58,008 bases of DNA from Candidatus Magasanikbacteria bacterium RIFCSPHIGHO2_02_FULL_48_18 (GTDB taxonomy: Bacteria; Patescibacteriota; Patescibacteriia; Magasanikbacterales; UBA922). The notes under the pieces are model-generated. The model saw nothing but the letters and a program-made list of their open reading frames with translations. It had not been told where the DNA came from and did no database searches. The stretch covers positions 84,151 to 142,158 of the forward strand of contig MFQC01000003.1 in NCBI GenBank assembly GCA_001784285.1, given 5' to 3'. Shown piece by piece: positions 53,912-58,008 of this stretch; position 1 is the stretch's first letter; the number at the start of each line of letters is the position of its first letter. The translations under genes were made by a program, and so were the position numbers.

Positions 53912-55384
53912 TCAATCCTCTTCTTTCTCTTCTCCGCTTATTGGCTTCATCAGTGGAAACAGCTGACATTCTCGAATCGGCTTATCCACAAAAAAAGCGA
54001 AAAGCCTTTCTCCCATTCCAAATCCGCATGCCGGGGGCATCCCATGCTCCAGCATTTCCACAAATTCCCAATCCGGCATCATTGCCTCTGCGTCCCCTTT
54101 TTCAATCAATTGCTGTTGCAGTTCAAACCGTTGCCGTTGGTCCACCGGATCATTGAGTTCGGAAAATCCATTAACGACTTCAGCGCCCGCGATAATGACT
54201 TGAAAGCGTTCCGTAAGATCCGGATTTTCCGGCATGGCCTTTGAAAGCGGCGAAACCAATTTCGGGTGATGGACCAAAAAAATTGGACCGGCAATGTGTT
54301 TCCGGCAATATTTCCATAGACTATCCATGAGCCGTTCTTTATTTTTTCCTTCAAAATCGACCCCGAGTTCCTCAAGCTTTTGTGTCATCTCTTGTTCGGA
54401 TGCAGTGAGAATGTCAATACCGGTTTGTTTGAGTACTTCTTCCCGATAATCAATTCTCGGCCAATCGCCCGCGACATCATAGTCAAATCCTTTTGTATGA
54501 AATGTGGTTGTGCCAAACACTTCCTCGGCAATCGTTTGAATGAGTCTTTCCGTGAGTTTCATGCCATCCTTGTAGTCTGCATATGCCCAATAAAATTCCA
54601 CGTTCGTAAATTCTTGCAGATGTTCCGGACTGCTTCCTTCATTGCGAAAAATTCTTCCAATTTCAAACGTTTTTTCATATCCTGCGGCCAGCAGTCGTTT
54701 TTGCCATAATTCTCCCACTGAAATGCGCAAGTAGACATTCATGTCAAAATCATGATGATGTGTTTGAAACGGACGCGCTTCAGCGCCGCCGGTCGTGGTT
54801 TCCAAATATGGCGTTTCCACTTCAAAAAATCCTTCGCGAATAAGAAAATCACGAATACTTTTCCAAAATGCCGCCTTGAGACGGAAAAGCTGTTTCATTT
54901 CCGGATTGAACAAAAGATCAAGGTAGCGTTTTCTGAGACGTGTTTCCTCGTCCTGAAGCCCATGAAATTTATCAGGCAATGGAAGAAGCGATTTGGTGGC
55001 CAAAGTCCATGATTGAATGAGAATTGAGGGTTCCCCTTTGTGGGTTTGAAATCGCGTGCCATGAAACGAGACAATATCCCCGATATCTATTTTTTTCAAA
55101 AAAAATGCGTATTCGTCTTTTCCCAAATCGTCCTGTTTGCATACAACTTGGATTTTTCCGGATTCATCTTGAACGTGGCAAAAAGTCAATTTTCCCATCT
55201 CTCGCTTGCTCATAATTCGCCCGGCAATGGTCATTGTCTCGCCCTCTTCTGCCGCGAGCGCCTGGTGTATGCTCTGCATGCGAGGAACACGGGCAGGGAA
55301 AGGATTAACCCCTGCTTTTTTAAGATCCTCGAGTTTTTGCAATCGTACGTTTCGTTCATCATTGATATTCAAAAAATCACCCAT
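53912..55384 (-). CDS. lysS: Lysyl-tRNA synthetase (class II)
   Basis: OB-fold N-domain, the FRNEGSSPEHLQEFTNVEFYWAY motif and a GxGxGxxR-type C-terminal block. Confidence 0.95.
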   Translation of the reverse strand: MGDFLNINDERNVRLQKLEDLKKAGVNPFPARVPRMQSIHQALAAEEGETMTIAGRIMSKREMGKLTFCHVQDESGKIQVVCKQDDLGKDEYAFFLKKIDIGDIVSFHGTRFQTHKGEPSILIQSWTLATKSLLPLPDKFHGLQDEETRLRKRYLDLLFNPEMKQLFRLKAAFWKSIRDFLIREGFFEVETPYLETTTGGAEARPFQTHHHDFDMNVYLRISVGELWQKRLLAAGYEKTFEIGRIFRNEGSSPEHLQEFTNVEFYWAYADYKDGMKLTERLIQTIAEEVFGTTTFHTKGFDYDVAGDWPRIDYREEVLKQTGIDILTASEQEMTQKLEELGVDFEGKNKERLMDSLWKYCRKHIAGPIFLVHHPKLVSPLSKAMPENPDLTERFQVIIAGAEVVNGFSELNDPVDQRQRFELQQQLIEKGDAEAMMPDWEFVEMLEHGMPPACGFGMGERLFAFFVDKPIRECQLFPLMKPISGEEKEED

Positions 55385-55460
55385 ACAATAAGGCTAAGTG
55401 TCAAAGTCCTCATAGTGTAGCAAATTTTTTTGAATGAATCAAATAGGATTGGATAAACAA

Positions 55461-55488
55461 AAAAAAGAGGAAAAACCTCTTTTTTCCG
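55461..55488 (-). terminator. Hairpin with flanking A/T runs downstream of greA
   Basis: AAAAAAGAGG-AAAAA-CCTCTTTTTT. Confidence 0.5.
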
Positions 55489-55518
55489 CTGTTTTTATGA
55501 CCCATCATCCTTTTGACC

Positions 55519-55992
55519 TTATGATACAATATCCAAGATTGTATAGGTTTGAAGGCCTGCCGGCACAGTGAGAGAGACACGTTCTCCGACTTTTTTTCCG
55601 AGAAGCGCCTGCCCAAGGGGAGACTCATTGGAAATTTTTCCCGCAAGCGGATCCGCCTCCTGAGCGCCCACAATAGTAAATTGTTTTGTGATTTTCCCCA
55701 TCTGCAATTCCACCGTCGAACCAATGGCAACAACATGGGTGCCATGGGTTGTCGTTTTGATAAGTTCACTGTTTTGCAAAATATATTCTATCTCTTTTAC
55801 CCTGCTTTGCGTCCACGACATTTCTTCTCTCGCTTGATGGTACTCCGCATTTTCCGACAAATCGCCCATCTGTCGCGCGTCATCAATCCGTTTCGCGAGA
55901 TCAGGAAGAAGTGTCTCTTTGATGTGTTTCAATTCTTTTTTGAGTTGGTCAAACTTCTCTTGACTCAGATATTGTTTTTCTTCGTTCGCCAT
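55519..55992 (-). CDS. greA: Transcription elongation factor GreA
   Basis: Start at MANEEKQYLSQEKFDQLKKEL. Also has GDLSENAEYHQAREE and the C-terminal ISNESPLGQALLGKKVGE. Confidence 0.9.
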   Translation of the reverse strand: MANEEKQYLSQEKFDQLKKELKHIKETLLPDLAKRIDDARQMGDLSENAEYHQAREEMSWTQSRVKEIEYILQNSELIKTTTHGTHVVAIGSTVELQMGKITKQFTIVGAQEADPLAGKISNESPLGQALLGKKVGERVSLTVPAGLQTYTILDIVS

Positions 55993-56079
55993 ATCACATG
56001 CCCTTTGGGAAGAATAAATAAAACCGCCTTCATGCGGAATAAAGATAGTATAACAACCTTTCAACCAGGGTCAACAATT

Positions 56080-57945
56080 CTATCCACAGGACGAAAGGGC
56101 GCACGGTTTCGTTTCTTGTCTGTATGCGGACCACCAGGCATAAAAATCATATGCGATAGGCATAGCGGTCTTACTCCCCTCTTCGCCTTCTTCAATCAAA
56201 ATGCTTACCACAATTTCCGGATTTTCAAACGGGGCAAATGACGTAACCCACGCATGATTTTCCTTGAGCGAACTCCACTGGGCTGTTCCTGTTTTTCCGG
56301 CGATATCCAATGATAGAAGCGATAGCCGTCGGCAAGATCCATACACAACACAATCGCGCATGCCAAGGCGAACGACGTCCAAATGCGAAGAATGAACGAC
56401 CTCTTTTCGGATAGGCAAGTTTGGAATTGTTTTTTGTTCTTTCGTGTGTCCGTCAACCACGTGCGTGACCACGTGCGGTTTGACGAGCGTGCCGCCATTG
56501 GCAATAACACTGGTCATGGCCGCCACCTGAAGCGGTGTGACCAACAAATCTCCTTGGCCGATTGAGATATTATAGGTATCCCCGATATACCACCGTTCAT
56601 GCTTGGTCTGTTCTTTCCATTCTTTTGATGGTAAAAATCCGGAAGCCTCGCCCGGCAAATCAATGCCAAGGGGTGCTGAGAGGCCAAACTGCCGCAAATA
56701 TGCGGTCATGACGTCTATCCCGAGTCCTTCAAAATCTCCGTACCCTCCGCCAATATAGTAATAAAACGTATTGACCGAATTGGCAAGGGAGCGGCGCACA
56801 TCGGTCCGGCCATGGCCGCCGGCAAGCCAATCGGGAAAAAACCATGGACCGACCTGGATCCCGCCGGTACTAAGGAAAGAAGTCTGCGGGGTGATAATCC
56901 CCTCTTCAAGCGCGGCGGACGCAATAGCGGGCTTGATAATCGACCCTGAAGGGTACATTCCGGAAATGGCGCGCGGAAAGAGCGGTTTGTCCGGATTACC
57001 AATATAGGACTCATACTGTTCTTGCAAAATCCCGCCGGAAAAATCATTATTATCAAATGACGGGATACTCACGAGCGCCATGACTTCCCCGGTGTTTGGA
57101 TCCATAACAACCGCCGCCGCGCGCGTTTTTTGAAATTCGGCGAGCCGTGCTTTAATGATTTCTTCCATTTTTTTTTGCATGGTTGCATCAATTGCCAAAA
57201 TCAAATGATCTCCCGGCGTCGGCGCGCGTTCGCTCAATGTGGCTCGTTCGCGTCCGAGCGCGTTCACCTCCACGTGGCGGTCGCCATATGTTCCCCGCAT
57301 GACCGATTCATACGTATATTCCAAACCCGTCTTGCCGGTGGAGTCTGACGGAAGATATCCATCCTTATACCGCTCTTCCAATTCTTCAGGGCTCAATTTT
57401 CCTTCGTATCCCACCACATGAGACAGAGCAGCATTCTCTTGGTCAAAAAGATACAACCGCTTGCTACCCCGATGAATGAAAAGTCCCGGGAGATCTCCCG
57501 CCGCAATTTGAATGGAGAGCGCCGTCTCATACTCCAAATCTTCTTCAAGAATAATCGACTCATAACTATAATTTCCATACTCATTGAGCGTATCGCGAAT
57601 GGTTTCCGGTTTTTTCCCGGTAATTTCTGCAAGGCGCAAGACGACCTGATTGCGCTCTTCTTCATTTTTTGGAAGATCTTGTGGCGTCAGCGCAAGAGAA
57701 AAATTAGGAATATTTTTTGTCAGTTGCACACCATACCGATCATAGATCAAACCGCGTTCGGACGGGATAGGCACCGTTCTCTGCCTGTTGCCTTCCGCCA
57801 AAACTCGATACGCGGACCCATGAATAATTTGGAGAGACAAAACACGAATCACAATGCCTAAAAATACAAAGCAAAAAAAGAGAAAGAGCGCGAGCGCGCT
57901 ACGCTCGGAAAAAAACGATGCGAGATGCATCTTTGGCTTGGGCAT
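56080..57945 (-). CDS. Class B penicillin-binding protein (PBP2/FtsI-type transpeptidase)
   Basis: N-terminal TM anchor and the motifs SGSIIKP (SxxK), SVN (SxN) and GKTGTAQ (KTG). Confidence 0.9.
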   Translation of the reverse strand: MPKPKMHLASFFSERSALALFLFFCFVFLGIVIRVLSLQIIHGSAYRVLAEGNRQRTVPIPSERGLIYDRYGVQLTKNIPNFSLALTPQDLPKNEEERNQVVLRLAEITGKKPETIRDTLNEYGNYSYESIILEEDLEYETALSIQIAAGDLPGLFIHRGSKRLYLFDQENAALSHVVGYEGKLSPEELEERYKDGYLPSDSTGKTGLEYTYESVMRGTYGDRHVEVNALGRERATLSERAPTPGDHLILAIDATMQKKMEEIIKARLAEFQKTRAAAVVMDPNTGEVMALVSIPSFDNNDFSGGILQEQYESYIGNPDKPLFPRAISGMYPSGSIIKPAIASAALEEGIITPQTSFLSTGGIQVGPWFFPDWLAGGHGRTDVRRSLANSVNTFYYYIGGGYGDFEGLGIDVMTAYLRQFGLSAPLGIDLPGEASGFLPSKEWKEQTKHERWYIGDTYNISIGQGDLLVTPLQVAAMTSVIANGGTLVKPHVVTHVVDGHTKEQKTIPNLPIRKEVVHSSHLDVVRLGMRDCVVYGSCRRLSLLSLDIAGKTGTAQWSSLKENHAWVTSFAPFENPEIVVSILIEEGEEGSKTAMPIAYDFYAWWSAYRQETKPCALSSCG

Positions 57946-58008
57946 TTCTGTTTGCTTTCCAAATGAATGATCAAAAAAAACCGACTCTTCCAGAAGCGTT
58001 GATTGAGA

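Overview
The 58-kb window comes from a moderately AT-rich, small-genome-style bacterium. Its gene content looks Patescibacteria/CPR-like, but that is an inference with no database support.

Core genes:
- Peptidoglycan and division genes: Mpl/MurC-type ligase, mraY, uppP, membrane-anchored murF, FemAB, DegT aminotransferase, FtsQ-like, PBP2/FtsI-like, M23 peptidase.
- Translation genes: rpmG, serS, lysS, cca, tRNA-Trp, tRNA-Val, greA.
- metK, sdaAB/sdaAA and yidC.
- A CIRCE-controlled hrcA-grpE-dnaK-dnaJ operon.

Accessory content:
1. An ~8-kb integrative element sits at tRNA-Trp (about 6.2-14.5 kb). It carries a large serine recombinase whose last codons overlap the tRNA 3' end, a zinc-finger/Toprim/P-loop primase-helicase, small DNA-binding-type ORFs, an operator-controlled divergent promoter region, a candidate structured small RNA, and two secreted cargo proteins. 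No virion genes are visible.
2. Next to it lies a mosaic of decayed mobile-element pieces (14.5-17 kb): a recombinase C-terminal remnant, an IS30 HTH fragment, a NYN-nuclease fragment, and a GC-rich block that looks non-coding.
3. Two further GC-rich islands are inserted exactly between intact AT-rich genes. One holds two alpha/beta-hydrolases (23.1-25.2 kb) and the other an OPT transporter (32.7-34.6 kb).

Most unusual observations:
- A Nudix domain fused to GrpE inside the heat-shock operon.
- A RdgB/HAM1-Nudix fusion.
- A degenerate tRNA-Trp twin carrying GC-rich palindromic insertions.
- The pseudoknotted, GNRA-capped RNA candidate in the element's switch region.
- A long repeat-containing metK leader.

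No CRISPR array or rRNA was seen. All family assignments rest on motifs read by eye and need HMM/BLAST/covariance-model confirmation.
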